Origin: Octopus sinensis
Lineage: Eukaryota
Direction of reading: 5' to 3'
Length of the DNA stretch: 64,000 bases
Assembly (NCBI RefSeq): GCF_006345805.1
Contig: NC_043011.1
Coordinates: 17,992,464 to 18,056,463, forward strand
The first letter of the stretch is position 1, and each line of letters starts with the position of its first letter. A program made the translations under genes and the position numbers. Under the pieces are notes generated by a model that saw nothing but the letters and a program-made list of their open reading frames with translations, was not told the origin of the DNA and ran no database searches. This document shows, piece by piece, positions 37,327-51,099 of the stretch.

Positions 37327-37470
37327 GAGAATTCACAAAAAAAAACAAATGACGAAGACAGGTTGTGCAGACAACAAACAGATGTGTTAGTTTAACACTC
37401 GGGAAGTGAAAAGTCTTTAACGTTTCGAGCCTACGCTCTTCCACAGAAAGGAACACAGAAAGAAACAAGG
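37322..37470 (-). mobile_element. Short (TA)n-adjacent element with hammerhead-like motif
   Basis: Minus strand 37415-37450: CUUU-CUGUGGA-A-GAGC-GUAG-GCUC-GAAA-CGU-U-AAAG. Confidence 0.6.
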
Positions 37471-38463
37471 AGAGAAATTAATGTATGTATATTGGTTAGC
37501 GATCTATCATGCCAACTCCGGACAGAAGGGTCACACAGGAGACCTAAGAAGATGGGGACATAATATAGCAGTGGTGACCCCACGTGCGTGTGCATAAGAT
37601 GGTACGTATCTTCCTGTGAAAGAGGGCTAATGACCTTGACGTGTGTGTGTATATGTGTATGTGTGGAGATGTGGGGCTGGGAAGTGGTCAGTGCTAGTGT
37701 GTGTGCGGTAGTGTGATGAGATGTGATGTGTTGTATGGTATAATGGTATAAGTTGTAGTGTTGTGTGGTGTTATGTGATGGTGTTGGGAGGTGAGGGAGG
37801 TGATTCATATATATGTATGCATATATACGTATATACACATCTATTGTACATACTGTACACACATAATTTTCATATTATTGCTATATTAAATATATATATA
37901 TATATATATATATTCTATGGACTGATGAAAAATCAGAATTCATACTGTAAATAGCCAGAACGTAATTTTTCAATCTAGAAAGTGATAAGTTTTGTCTCGC
38001 AGACAATTTGATTTACTACATCTGGCAACTCAGGAATCTCCAATCATCATAATTTTGATAAAGGTTCAAATGTTCTAATCGGGTGTGTTTCTTATTTTTC
38101 TCATGTTATTATTGTATGAGAAAACAAGAAAAGATGTACTCATCTTGTTGACGATCTACACATTATGTTTTACTGCTGTGATTGAAGAATTCACTGAAAA
38201 ATTATAGTTACACAATTTCTCGGAAAAGAACGGGATGCATCCATATTATCCCTTATAACTGATTGGGTTTTCCTATATAAGTTGCTATTTCTGACCTCTG
38301 TTACTCAATATATTACTAATTAGTAACACACAGGCATGCACATAGATATACACACTCATTCACATACACAAACATGATACCAAATAATACCATCTACTCG
38401 AATAGAAAAATATTTGTAAACTTGAAGTGTGATGCTTCGTCTAAGATTGAAAATGTGTACTTA

Positions 38464-39864
38464 CACTGGTCAGCAAAATGTAACTTTTTTAATCATCAGA
38501 GTTACTGATTGTCTCTTCTGGGTTAATTCTTGATGCTGATTAGAAATCTGACGTCCGATTCCTCTATTAGGTCACATTTTCATGTTAAGGATACCTGACT
38601 GTTTTAACTTATAGGATACGTAAAGCATATCTATATAAAGTATATTGAATACAAGATACGATAACGTCATGTTTTTTATTATACAAAATTAAAATTATTG
38701 TGCATAAATAAGGTAGAATACTCTCAAATGCAGAATAACATAAAATCTTTTGGATTTGGACTTTCTATGGTATTTTATCTCAGGTTGATCCCTGTATAAC
38801 ATCCAACAGTAATCAGCTAACATTCCTGCATTCTCAAATCCTTGATATCATTGTTCTATCGATGCAATATCTTGATGAAAGCATTCCCCTTGCTCATCAG
38901 ACAGTGCTCCAAGGTTCGTGGCTAAAATGTCCAGATGCGAATCAAGGAAATGGAGTTTTAGTGACATCCGACAGCCCATTGCAGCGTAGGAGTCTAGAAG
39001 ACATTTCACAAAATTTCTAAACTCTAGAGATCTCTTGTTGTCTAGAAACTTTTCACAGAACCATATGAATGATTCCCAGGCTTTCAACTCAATCTCATCC
39101 AGTACTGTAACGAAGTTGTTGTCCTTCAGGAGTTCTTTTATCTGCGGACCTAATTCAGTTTTGCCTCGGTCATTTTTGGAAAATTTGGCCTTCACATATT
39201 CAAAATCTTTTGTGTTTTTCCTTGCAAATGTCTTCACGTATTGTTTCATGAGGCCAAGCTTTATGTGAAGAGGGAAAGAACATTTTCTGGCTTTAAAAGT
39301 GGATTACTCTGGACGCTAGAAACTCCCAGCTCATATGATTTTTGTAAAGTCCGCTCTGATTGCACATAGTGCATGTTCCTTGCATAACTGTCCCACAGGC
39401 ATAACAAGCAACAATATTTCGTGAACCCAGATTGCATTCCCATTAACATTCCAATCACCTTCAAGTCTCCACATATTTTCCAGCTGTAGTTTGTATACCT
39501 TATGTCATTGAAAAGTACTCGCATGTTTTCATAACACTTCTTCATGTGCACTGAATGTCCTTTGGGAATGGATGGTTTCTTATTGCCGTTGTGTAATAGT
39601 ACTGCCTTGAGGCTTCTCTTAAATGATTCAATGAAAAAGCGCCATTCATGAATACAAATAGTTATAAAACAGAAATCAGAATGTACCTGTATAGGACGTT
39701 TACGTGTAGCGATGGTACTGATGAGAGTTATATACCTCTCTCTTATCTCAGCTGAAAAACTATGCCTCGGAGAAGGAAACCGATTACATTTTTGAAATCT
39801 GCGAACAAAACTACATATAAAACACCATATAATATCCCTGATGAAAATTGGTTGTTGACCATTG
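38464..39864 (-). mobile_element. Chapaev3-like (CMC) DNA transposon, internally deleted
   Basis: SLKAVLLHNGN, KICGDLKV, GFTKYCCLLCLWDS, LHIKLGLMKQYVK, MSLKLHFLDSHLD, SDEQGECFHQDI; CACTGGTCAGCAAAA terminus at 38464, candidate partner tgttgaccattg ending 39864; family name from recollection of these motifs. Confidence 0.72.
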
Positions 39865-40164
39865 TAGTAAACAACGGATGATCTGCACTTTGCATTGATG
39901 TCGTACTGCGTGAAATGTGCTCTCAACCACATGACCCTTAATCTACCGTTAAAAATACAGTATAAATGTGTGTGAATAACTTTAAAAATAGGGGTTTCAC
40001 TCATGACAATACGTCGATCGCCGTAATATGTGTTCCAGAACATAATTTTTATTTCAGTCTTCGTAGTCATAACTCTGTCTATCGGTTTTACTTACTGTGT
40101 AAATGCCACACATCACAGCATTGCTCCTGTAGAAACGATGGTTCGTTGCTTCTCTGAAGCTCAA

Positions 40165-40335
40165 CAATTTTGAGGGTGAGTGGTTAAGTCGATTGCGTCA
40201 CTTCCTCACTAGTGCGTTAAGTTATCGAGCCCAAGTAGATGAAGGCAAAGTCAACACCAGTAGGGTTTTAATTCCGATCGTAAACTGCTGCAAAAAAGAC
40301 TGCCAAGTATTTTGTCCAATGTGTTAATTATTCAG
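40165..40335 (-). mobile_element. Old diverged SINE copy (same family as 22190)
   Basis: ggttaagtcgatt...gttatcgagcccaagtagatgaaggcaaagtcaac resembles the family core. Confidence 0.5.
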
Positions 40336-41584
40336 TCCGTTTTCCTCATCCAAGATCATTAAAGATTGGAACCGCTTCTTGTATTAACCCACATCGTCCA
40401 TCTCCATCTATCTGTCAAATTACCCTCCTGAAAAAATTACACTCGAATCTTGAAAGCGAAAAGGATAATTTTGATAACGTAATAGCAATTATAGGAAAAT
40501 TAGCGGCTAGTTTATGTTGAAGAGCCTTCCATCATAGGTTTCAATCTTTTGATTTCAGTGCTAATTATATTCACAATGTTAATAGCTGTACCATATCATG
40601 AATCTTAGTGGGAATTCCATATTAGAGCAGTAAAGTTTGAACATATGATAATGTGGTCAATAAATACCTAATGTTATTTTTAAAAGCGAACACATTATTG
40701 CTTCGGCTTTAAAATATGATCTGATAATGTATCAATCAGATGAAGTTCCTATCTCTCACAGTAAATTTCATTTTCCCTTTAAATTTTGTTAAAGAACTTT
40801 AAAATAAGCCTTATCATTATTTATAAAATTTTCCCTTTTTCAAGTTACCCATTTTCACCGTCATATTAAAAATTACGTTGATCCTAATGACTACTTTCAT
40901 AACAATTTGTATATTAATTACTTGAAAAGTTTTTTTTTCATGAAGAGTCAATTTAAAAATACACAAATTAAGCGAGTGGCCGTTTGCTTCAATAAAAAAT
41001 GAATGCATAATAATTTTCAAGTATTGATTTTAAATATAAATCGAAGCGTTTTATTTAAAGATGGGATAGATACTGTATGACGTATGCTGTGATACAGATC
41101 ATAGAAAAGAACCATTTCAGTTATTGATAATGTTGAATGAGTGATAAAGTTGTTGACAGAAAAAATATCCATCGCAGATGAAAGTGAAATATTTCCTTAG
41201 ACTCTAATGATAGGGTAATATATAATATCTGCATTGTAAGATTATTATTAGTCAGCTAATAGTGGGGACGAGAGTACAAACTTTGCAAACAATATCAGAC
41301 TGGAAACACCAAAGCGTAAATATTCAATGTGAAGAAAATATATGAATTTTGCTAGGAAGAAAATGTGGGCATTGAGAGATTCCGAAAAAAATTGTAGTCG
41401 TGGCAAGGAAATATTGTAATCTTTGTGATAATGAAGTTTGAGATGAACACGTAGAAAGAGTGAAACAGGAAAAGAATACAGCATAGCACTGACTGGTGAA
41501 GAAACATGCAGTGAGTAACAGCATGGATTATAGGGCCAGTTATATTTTAACTTTTACTTGTTTCAGTCACTAGGTTATGGTCTT

Positions 41585-41665
41585 GCTGTATGTGTGTGTC
41601 TGTCTGCGTGAATCCCTAAAACTCGACAACTATCCAACTGATGTCATTCAAATTATACGCATGCC
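41585..41665 (-). mobile_element. Helitron-like 3' end fragment
   Basis: Reverse complement tcgagttttagggattcacgcagacagac matches 42311-42340. Confidence 0.45.
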
Positions 41666-42006
41666 TTACTTAGGGTGCAAATGCAAGCCCTAAGCAATCT
41701 GTTATCTCTTACGCTATTTCATTATTACGTGTCAAAGGTGAAGTAATAAATTCTCTGTATTGTACTGTGAAATAATTTCAGTTAATTTGTTTTACTATTA
41801 ATACTGAAACTATTAAAGTGAATCTAATATCTCACATATCTCATATGCATACATGCACACTTACATACATACGTATATATATATATATACATATACATAC
41901 ATACGTATATATATACATATATATTATGTATATTGATATATATATAAATACATCTGCACATATGCATGTGTATATATGTATATATATATATAGAGAGAGA
42001 GGTATA

Positions 42007-42056
<50 letters not shown>

Positions 42057-42269
42057 GTTTATATGTGCATATATATATATATATATATATGTGTGTATGT
42101 ATAGATACTTGTATATATGTGATATATGTGAATTAATATTTTCACTTTAATAGTTTCAGTCAAATAGTGCATGATATAAGGGATTGCTCCGGGCTCGCAT
42201 TAGGCAAGAAGTTAAAAATGTTTTGAAACTATTATCTCAAATGTATATCTCACATATATATATCTAAGT

Positions 42270-42363
42270 AAGACATGTGTAACATTTGATTGAAATCGTT
42301 TGGGTAGTTCTCGAGTTTTAGGGATTCACACAGACAGACTCACAAACAGATACACATTGTCAG

Positions 42364-42370
<7 letters not shown>
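42270..42370 (+). mobile_element. Helitron-like 3' end fragment
   Basis: atttgattgaaatcgtttgggtagttctcgagtttt...cagacagac...ttatatata; similar layout to 12370-12462. Confidence 0.5.
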
Positions 42371-42413
<43 letters not shown>

Positions 42414-42514
42414 ATTTGAATAGTATAAGACATTTTACGGCTCTGACGTGGTTAAATTAATTTTACTAACGTTAGCTAACTTATAAAGTTTATATGTATT
42501 TATATATATATATA

Positions 42515-42553
<39 letters not shown>

Positions 42554-44642
42554 GCGTATGTGTGTGTGTGCGTGTGTATGTGTGTGTGTGTGTGTGTAGA
42601 ATGTGAGTTTGCAGGGATATATTATGTAGGCAGATACTATGTTTTGCTCTCAGATGTGTATAGGTCTTCATTATCAAAAAAAGTATGTTATATGACAAAT
42701 TGTAAAGTAATAGACTATATTGAGGATGTACCAATCACCGAATTTCCTATGATTATAATTACTGAAAATATACATATATACTGACCCACAAAAACAACCC
42801 GCCCCCCAGTCACATACAGACAACTCTCCCTCATATATATATATTCATATATTTTTATATATGATACTAGATATTAAAAGCATTTTGTGTAAGAAGTAGC
42901 GCACTTAATATCTAGCAAAACGTCTGCGTCTGTGCGTCCAAGAGCAGGGCAGATATTGATGGATAATATTGCTAGTAGTTCTCAATTAAACTGAATAAAG
43001 GCGGAAGATGTTATTAATAGACGTACGGTTCTGGAGACAGAAGACTCTTTTATTTTCTTTGTGATTATTGATTATTTATATTTTTTCGTTTTTCATGTTC
43101 TTTTCGATTCTTTTCATTTCTTCACCGCTTACTTTGAATTTATAGTTAATTATGGATTTCTGTCGCTTAAGTATTATAAGGAAATTATGTGAGAATAACA
43201 TATTCGGCGAAGTGATCCGGCAAGTGAATTTTATACATAAATCTGTGGACTCAATATATTAGTATCCATTAGTATGTACATGTTAAATTTGTCAATGATG
43301 AAAATTCCACTGTTAAAACAAATTCCACAAACAACAACAACTTTGAAGAAATGCAACCAATTACAAACACTATATATTCTCTAAACTTCAAGACATAAGC
43401 CACACAGCAAAACTGCGATCTTAGAACGCTCTTATTGTGTCCTCTTGAAAGAAATTATTTCTCAAGCAAAATCCTCAATAACGCAATAGTAATCACGAAC
43501 ACGACACTAATTAACATATCTATATCCATAGTGCATAGCATCTACATCAAATCAGTTCAGCATGCGGTACATCAAACCCACGCTCTCTATTTGTAACCCA
43601 AAGTCGAAAAATGATACATCGCTATCCAAACATATATGGAATGTAATATATAAAATGAAACACTTCACGTAGCATCAATTGTAAAATACTTTCACACGTA
43701 CAGCTATACCAATATAAAAACAAGCCCTGCCGACTTTTTAATAATGAATCCTTCTATATCCTCAAACTCAAGAACTACATTCTCAGTCGAACCATTGAGC
43801 TAGCAGCTTTTTGCAAGTCCAGAAGGTCAAATCCTTTAAAACATTTCAAAACAGTAGTATCTGTTTTAGAGGCTAAAATATCTCACCCTCTTCTCTCCTT
43901 CCATTTTCAATATAAATAATCCCGATAAAATCGATGAAAAACATTTTTACAAGTTTACACTCATCAAAATCTTAAATTGTTTAGAACTTACCCAATGTTT
44001 CAACGAAAGTAAACACTCTAATGGTTTTGTAATATATGTTCCTAAACATACATACGCAAAAAAAAGTTGGAAGACATTCATTTTTTATTTCCCCTGTTAT
44101 AAAATATTATTTCTAATTTTCTTAATTTCTAATACTTTTAAATATACGAATCATTAAAAAAAATATATTTTTTTAAAAATTTCATGAATGAAGTAACTCT
44201 TCAAATTAATGTAAAATTGTTTTTGTTATAAGTGGACATAAAAAGAAGCTTATGTATATACATATATGTATATGTTTGTATATATCGAAATAGACACACA
44301 CATATAGACAGGAAGATTAGGACTGTGATGATATTTATGAAAGGCATTCATGCAAACGATGCATGACATTAAAAAGATCTCAGCCATAAATATTTTTGGA
44401 TTGTCTAGTATATTTTAGTCTTCTGTGGAAAAAATCAGTTTTAAGAATTCTGTTCAGTTGGTTAGTTTTCCCACATAAGAAATTAAATAAGTTTGATTCT
44501 TTTTACTTATTATTGCGTGCCACTTCGTGTTGGTCACACACAACATGGTAATAAATTTTGTGCTTTATATGACTAGTATATAAAAACATGAACCCTCACA
44601 TTGATAACAAACTAATATAAATATTCAGAATATTTTAGAGTA

Positions 44643-45508
44643 CTAAGGCGGCGAGCTGGAAGAATCGTTACCACGCTGGGCGAAATGCTTAGCCGTATTT
44701 TGTCTTCCGCTAAGTTCTAAGTTCAAATTCCGCCGAGGTCGACTTTGCCTTTCATCCTTTCGGGGTCGAATAAATAAGTACCAGTTACGCACAGGGGTCG
44801 GTATAATCGACTTAATCCGTTTGTCTGTCCTTGTTTGTCGTCTCTGTGTTTAGCCTTTTGTGGGTATTAAAGAAATAGGTATTTCGTCTGTCTTTACGTT
44901 CTGAGTTCAAACTCCGCCGAGGTCAGCTATGCCTTTCACCCTTTTGTGATCGATAAATTAAGTACCAGTTGCATACTTGCACTCAGACCGATTTATTTCG
45001 TGCTTTGTGCTTAGAGTAGAAAATAATCAATTATGTGTTTTATGTGACTAGTATCTAAAAATTTGATCTCTCACGTCAAGTAAATAATATGAATAGTAAA
45101 ATATTTTAGAGTAATAAGGCGGTGAGCTGGGAGTAATGCTTAGCGGCATTTCGTCTGTTTTTACGTTCTGTGTTCAAATTACGCCGAGGTCGACTTTGCC
45201 TTACATACTTTCGTGGTCGATAAATTGAGTACCATTCCCGTAATGAGGTCGATCTTATTGATTGGTCCCCTCCCCAACAATTTCGAGCATTGTGCCTAGA
45301 GTAGTAAAGGCTATTTAAGACGGCGAGCTGAAATTCATAGCGGTATTTCATCTGTCTTTACGTCCTGAGTTCAAATTCCGCCGGGTTCGACTTTGTCTTT
45401 CATCCTCTCTGGATGTATAAATTCAGTACCAGTTGCATGCTGGAGTCGACCTAATCGACTGGCCCCCTCCCCAAAATGTTGAACCTTGTTCCTTGAGTAG
45501 AAAAGAAT
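44643..45508 (+). mobile_element. Cluster of three SINE heads (44643, 45115, 45316) plus one internal iteration
   Basis: taaggcggcgagctg heads; gaggtcgactttgcctttcatcctttcggggtcg cores. Confidence 0.85.
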
Positions 45509-46806
45509 ATCTTAGAATAATATTTAACATCTATATTGCACGATATTTCGGCCACTGAACAGTATGTAATTTTAGTGAAGTATTTTTTATAAACTATCAA
45601 GTTTAACTAAAGCATGGCGCATCTCATATGTAAAATGTAGCTATATAGACGGCATATCACTATTTTGTACATCTTCGTGCTGGGTGTTCATCATTAACTA
45701 TTTTAATAACGACGGGTATTTATATAGCTTTCTCACCTTTCTCACCTTTCTCACCATTCGTGGCATGTGTTGCGATATTTATTCTCAAATCTCCACGTCT
45801 TTTCTAATCTTTATGGTAAAATGTATTGTACAGTGTTAATTGACATCCGGGTCTCTCTTTATATCAAATAAAACTCAGATAAGTAGAATTTTAATATTTT
45901 CACTGTGATTTTGGAAAATCGACTTAGCTAAAAGTTTGTCTTCTAGCTGCAAGATAACAAAAGCAAATTCTTAAGCGCAGATTCATACTGATAAAAAAAT
46001 AATAAACGCACCAAACACCAGCATTTTAATGACATAATTGATATAAGGTAAACCAAGCAAACTTTCACACATCCATATATATTATTTATGTAATAGTTAG
46101 GAGCAGGAAGTTCGGATATTATCAATATTCAAATAGACAGACGTTGTATCTGCAAGGCACGAGTTAAGATACGATATTATCGACATTATATTTTAAACTA
46201 ACTCAAAAAGTAATTCTGAGACACATCGCTAAATAGGAATGATTTATTAAGATGGAGGTGTTGTTTGGCATGTGAGAAATTAATACAGACAGGAGTGATA
46301 CTGACACCAGATTCCTCTTAGATTTCCATAACCAGTACAGCAATGCGTGCGATAATCACACTTACGGTAGAGATGAATTTGATGATGATGAAGACGTCAA
46401 CAACGGCTATGGTGAGAATGATAATTATAGTTGCAAACAAAGTAGAGAAAGGTTTGGCAATAGTGACAAGAATAACGGAGTTTCCAACGATGATGCACAT
46501 TGTATAGTGTATCATAATCAGACAACATTACAGTTAGTTTAACTAATAAATATTGTCCGAAAGCATGCCTGACACTACAAAAGTTTTATTAATGCCGCCA
46601 TTTATCCACGTCCCAGATTACAATTACTAAGTGCATGATTGGGCAAGAACTTCATTGCTCTTATACACAATACTAACAAAATATACGCTGCAAGTGATTC
46701 TAACTAAACTCTCCATTTATTCATTTTTAAACATATTGCATAAACATGCGCACACACAACACAAACACATATACATATATATATATATATATATAATATA
46801 TATATA

Positions 46807-46842
<36 letters not shown>

Positions 46843-46844
<2 letters not shown>

Positions 46845-47116
46845 AGGCGCAATGGCCCAGTGGTTAGGGCGGCGGACTCGCGGTTTCGCGTTGTGAGTGT
46901 TTATTGAGCGAAAACATCTGAAGCTCCACGAGGCCCCGGCAGAGGGTGGTGGCGATCCTTGCTGTACTCTTTCGCCACAACCTTCTCTCACTCTTTCTTC
47001 TGTTGGCCTGATCGCTTAGCCAGCGTGGTGGCGTCATTTGAAGGCCAAATCAGTGTGAAGCGCATTGTGACCAGCGATGTGTAGCAACGTCTGATAGCCT
47101 GCTCGGTCACGGTGAT
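46843..47116 (+). mobile_element. tRNA-derived SINE (separate family) after (TA)n
   Basis: ggaggcgcaatggcccagtggttagggcggcggactcgcgg tRNA-like head; non-tRNA body. Confidence 0.75.
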
Positions 47117-48382
47117 ATGTATATATATGAATATATAAATTAGAAAAGATGTATTTCATTTTTGCATTACTGAAAACATAGTCAGGAAAATTTCATTGTT
47201 TGTGGCTGCAGAGCAACCTCGGACCAGTTGGAATCTCTGTCGCTTACAGCATTAGAAACTTTAAACTGAGTTATAAGTCGGTAGAACAAGAGCTGCTTTT
47301 GATGTTTTTTCTGGCGATGAGAGGATCTCTACGGTCAATGAGAGTGTTGGTAGGATAACAATATAGAGAAATTGACCGTAGGATTCGAAGTTTGAAATGT
47401 GAGAGGCAACGTTAAACGTTGTGATAGCTGTTGAATTTCATGATACCATGGAGTTGCTGTCTTTCATTTAACATTGATGCTAATGCTCATTGTTCAATAA
47501 GTATACTGATGATTATAAACAATCTAATTCACTTTCAAATAGGAATATATGTTTTATTCATTTTATTCGTGCGTGTGTGTCAGTGTGTGCTCGTATATAT
47601 ACATATGTGTGTACCAGTGCATCTATGTATGTAATTATGTATATACAAAATGAAATAATGAAAACCATTTAACAAAAATATAATTAAAAAATATTTCAGA
47701 TTCTTTACTGGAAAATTCCATTCTCCATACAATCGTTGATTTTTGATTTTTTAACTCAATAATTCGTTTTTCAGAAAAGCGAAGTAAAATATAAAATCTT
47801 CCGTATTTTTTTATGTATTAATTTTCATTTATTGGTCCATAGTTTTTTCCTATATTCTTCAGCGATGACAGAGTAATTATTAATTGTTCAGTCATTTGTC
47901 AATGTTCGCCTCTCATAGAAGAAAATAGTTAGCTTGTAGTCTAAAGTGTATCTCTGAGTGGTTTTGCAAACTATTATCAGCTTTTCTAATTGATTTTTTC
48001 GCTCTTTTCTTCTCACTATTTTATTTGATTTTACATATATTTTCATGACAATAAACACGGAGACAAAGGTGGAATTATGTGGATTAGATTCCAGCTTGTG
48101 TTCCAGCATAATCATGATCATTATAGTCAATATTATTCTTAGTATAGTATTAATATCAGTATTATTGTTATTGTTGTTGTTGTTGTTGTTGTTATTGTTC
48201 TTGCTGTAGTTTTGCAGTGTTCCGTAGTGGGAGAAACAATTAACTGAAACTGATATATGATGATAATGGGAATGATATTTGCTTTTCATCCCTTGTGGTG
48301 TACATTTATGACTAGATAATGTACAAAAAATGATGGAAATAATAAAAGTATAGATTGCAATGATTTATGCACATGTAATTAC

Positions 48383-48477
<95 letters not shown>

Positions 48478-49349
48478 TATATTTGTTATATTTCACTTTC
48501 CTTCCGTTAAATGTAATGTTATTTCTAGTCGGAAACATCTTTTCTGTCGCTATACTATCGGAGCTATTTTTAGCACTAGAGTTATCCACATAGTGGTAAC
48601 TCTCTAATAATTTATGTATAAATTTGTATTTTCTCCCTAGTTTTTTTGTGCTAAGGCACTTGGTGTTAAATTAATGGTATTTTTAAATAAATATCAAATT
48701 GTCACCCTCATTTATAAATTTATATATGTATATATATATATATATATATATGAATTGGTGCGATTTTTCTCTGTCCGTTACGTTTTTATGTTCGTTAATT
48801 CCTTCTAGATCGTTGGTGCAAGGACAACGAACGTCAAACCAAGAACTACTCTAATCCCAGGGAATGTCCTAAGGGGGTATATTTATTTCAGGGCTGCATT
48901 TTAAAGTAAATACATGGCATTGGCGACCAAATCGGTGTGATAACAATGAATTTCATACCACGAAATTCCTAGGCAGTATCATAAGGAGGGCCGCATAAAT
49001 GGGACCATATCCGAAGGGCCGAATAAATGGGACCACACTAAACTACTGTTTTTACTGTATTTACTTCGCTCCTACTTTTATTCATTAAACTATGATCAGC
49101 ATCGGTGCTTAGCACATTTGCAGAAATAAGTTTCATCACACGAGGTTAGGGGGCAAAGAAGTGGCCCGATAGTGGAACCGAAGTCCTGAAAATTGTCCTC
49201 CGCAGGAGCTAGCGTGGATATCTCCCGTATTCACGCTATGGTTCGAGATGCCTCGAGGGTGGTAGAAGAAGCCGACTCAACCCACCCAATATATATATAT
49301 TTGCGTGTGTGCGTGCGAGTGTGTGCGTGTGTTTGTGCGTATACGTGAG

Positions 49350-49389
<40 letters not shown>

Positions 49390-49392
<3 letters not shown>

Positions 49393-49750
49393 TATAAATT
49401 AGGGTATCTACGAGATACCACCATGCTGAAAATAGCAGCTATGATCTGACTTTAAAACCATCTAAATTGTCCATATATCAACACGGAGAAAAAAACAAAG
49501 AGACAAGTTCAAACTAGTAAAAAAAAATGGATAATTCTAGATCCGGATTTCTGCTTTGCATTTATGAATGCTTTGCCCTGTCAGTAGAATACACACAGAA
49601 AATAAACATAGATTCATATACATATATATATACATACAACATACGAATACTCACATATACGAACGTATACCAGGATAATTTAGGTGGTTTTAAAGTCAGG
49701 TCATGGCTGCTACTTTCAGCATGCTGGGATCTCGTAGATAATTTATAATT
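49390..49750. mobile_element. Hammerhead-motif element (CCGG-loop family) with a 68-bp inverted terminal duplication
   Basis: 49405-49472 vs reverse complement of 49673-49740 (~7 mismatches); HHR-like motif on minus strand 49534-49590; homologous to 5797-6030. Confidence 0.75.
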
Positions 49751-50224
49751 TTAATAATTATAACCTTTGAAGGTTGTTTCTTTCCATGCTGACCACTTGA
49801 TAAAATCGTTATTTTATTTTCAAATTAACGATCATATCTATACTTATATAAATTTAAATTTATTTCGTCACTGTATGTACTGCAGCGATATTCTGACCAT
49901 ATTTCACATGGAATAAAAGGGCGGGCATTTTGAACTGGCCATGATGCATACGTGCATATATATGTAGGTATCAGACATCCACTGCCTCTATCTCCCACAG
50001 AAGCTTAATTCAGCTTGAGACGTCAAATAAAATAACCACGATAGAACACAGAGAAGTAAAACAACAAGAATAATAGTAGTAGACTCACCAGCCGAAGACG
50101 AAGTATGAGCGTTCAGCTTGAGCCAAAAGACCTACACAAAATTATTTAGAGTGATCAATTGTACGTGCCAAACCTTAGCCTACTTCCTCCATCAAATCGA
50201 CCTTGCCTGACCAGGTACATGGTG

Positions 50225-50345
50225 TACCACGCGTCAGGTGTCGAAGTGATCGCAGAGCAAGTTGAGGTGAAGTGTTTTGCTCAAGAACACAACGCCCCGC
50301 AATGTCTAGTGATTGAAACCACGATCTCGCGATCGTCAGTGCATT
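50225..50345 (-). mobile_element. SINE fragment (family of 9480-9709)
   Basis: cagagcaa..gtgaagtgttttgctcaagaacacaacg..gattgaaaccacgatc. Confidence 0.55.
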
Positions 50346-50362
50346 TCTTTCATGGCGAGTGC

Positions 50363-50621
50363 TGCAATACTGCTACCACCACCACCACCACCACCACAAC
50401 CACCACAACCACCACAACCACAACCACCACCACCACCACTACTACTACTAGTACTACTACTACTACTGCTACTACTACTACTACTACTACTACTACTAAT
50501 ATTACTACTACTAATAATAAAAATAATAATAATAATGATTAAAATATTATCAATAATAATAATCATGATAATAATAAATAATATATAATTATAATATCAA
50601 TAAAAATAATAATGATAATGA

Positions 50622-50664
<43 letters not shown>

Positions 50665-50753
50665 AATAATAATAAATAATATATAATTATAATATCAATA
50701 AAAATAATAATGATAATGATAATAATAAAAATAATAATAATAATGATAATAAT

Positions 50754-50805
<52 letters not shown>

Positions 50806-50845
50806 GCAACAATAATAATAATTATGATGATGACGACGATGATGA
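50363..50845. repeat. Compound trinucleotide tract (ACC/ACA/ACT/AAT) with a 98-bp internal duplication
   Basis: aataaataatatataattataatatcaataaaaat at 50573 and 50671. Confidence 0.92.
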
Positions 50846-51099
50846 TGCTAATAAAAGCTATGAGTAAGACCACGCCAGCATTACTAGTATACGTAAAACA
50901 TGACATGAGTAAATGGTAAATAGTTTATAGAATAGTTTATAGACATAACAGCGAGTTATAAATCCTAAACGCGCCCCCATTAGAAGAGGAATGTCTCAAA
51001 GAAACTCTCTCTCCCTAATCCTCCGTTCTGCATCGTCGCTTTTAACTGTCATGCTAAAGACAACCACGCAGATATACAATGGCTGTGGTAAAGCAATCC

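Noticed and set aside
46320-46600. ~90-codon open frame (DFHNQYSN..DDDEDVNN..)
   Set aside because: No start codon; the NNY periodicity fits a decayed (GAT/AAT)n tract; no motif.
47320-47395. Hairpin with 11-bp perfect stem as pre-miRNA
   Set aside because: A large purine-purine internal loop breaks the stem, leaving it too short for Drosha/Dicer geometry.
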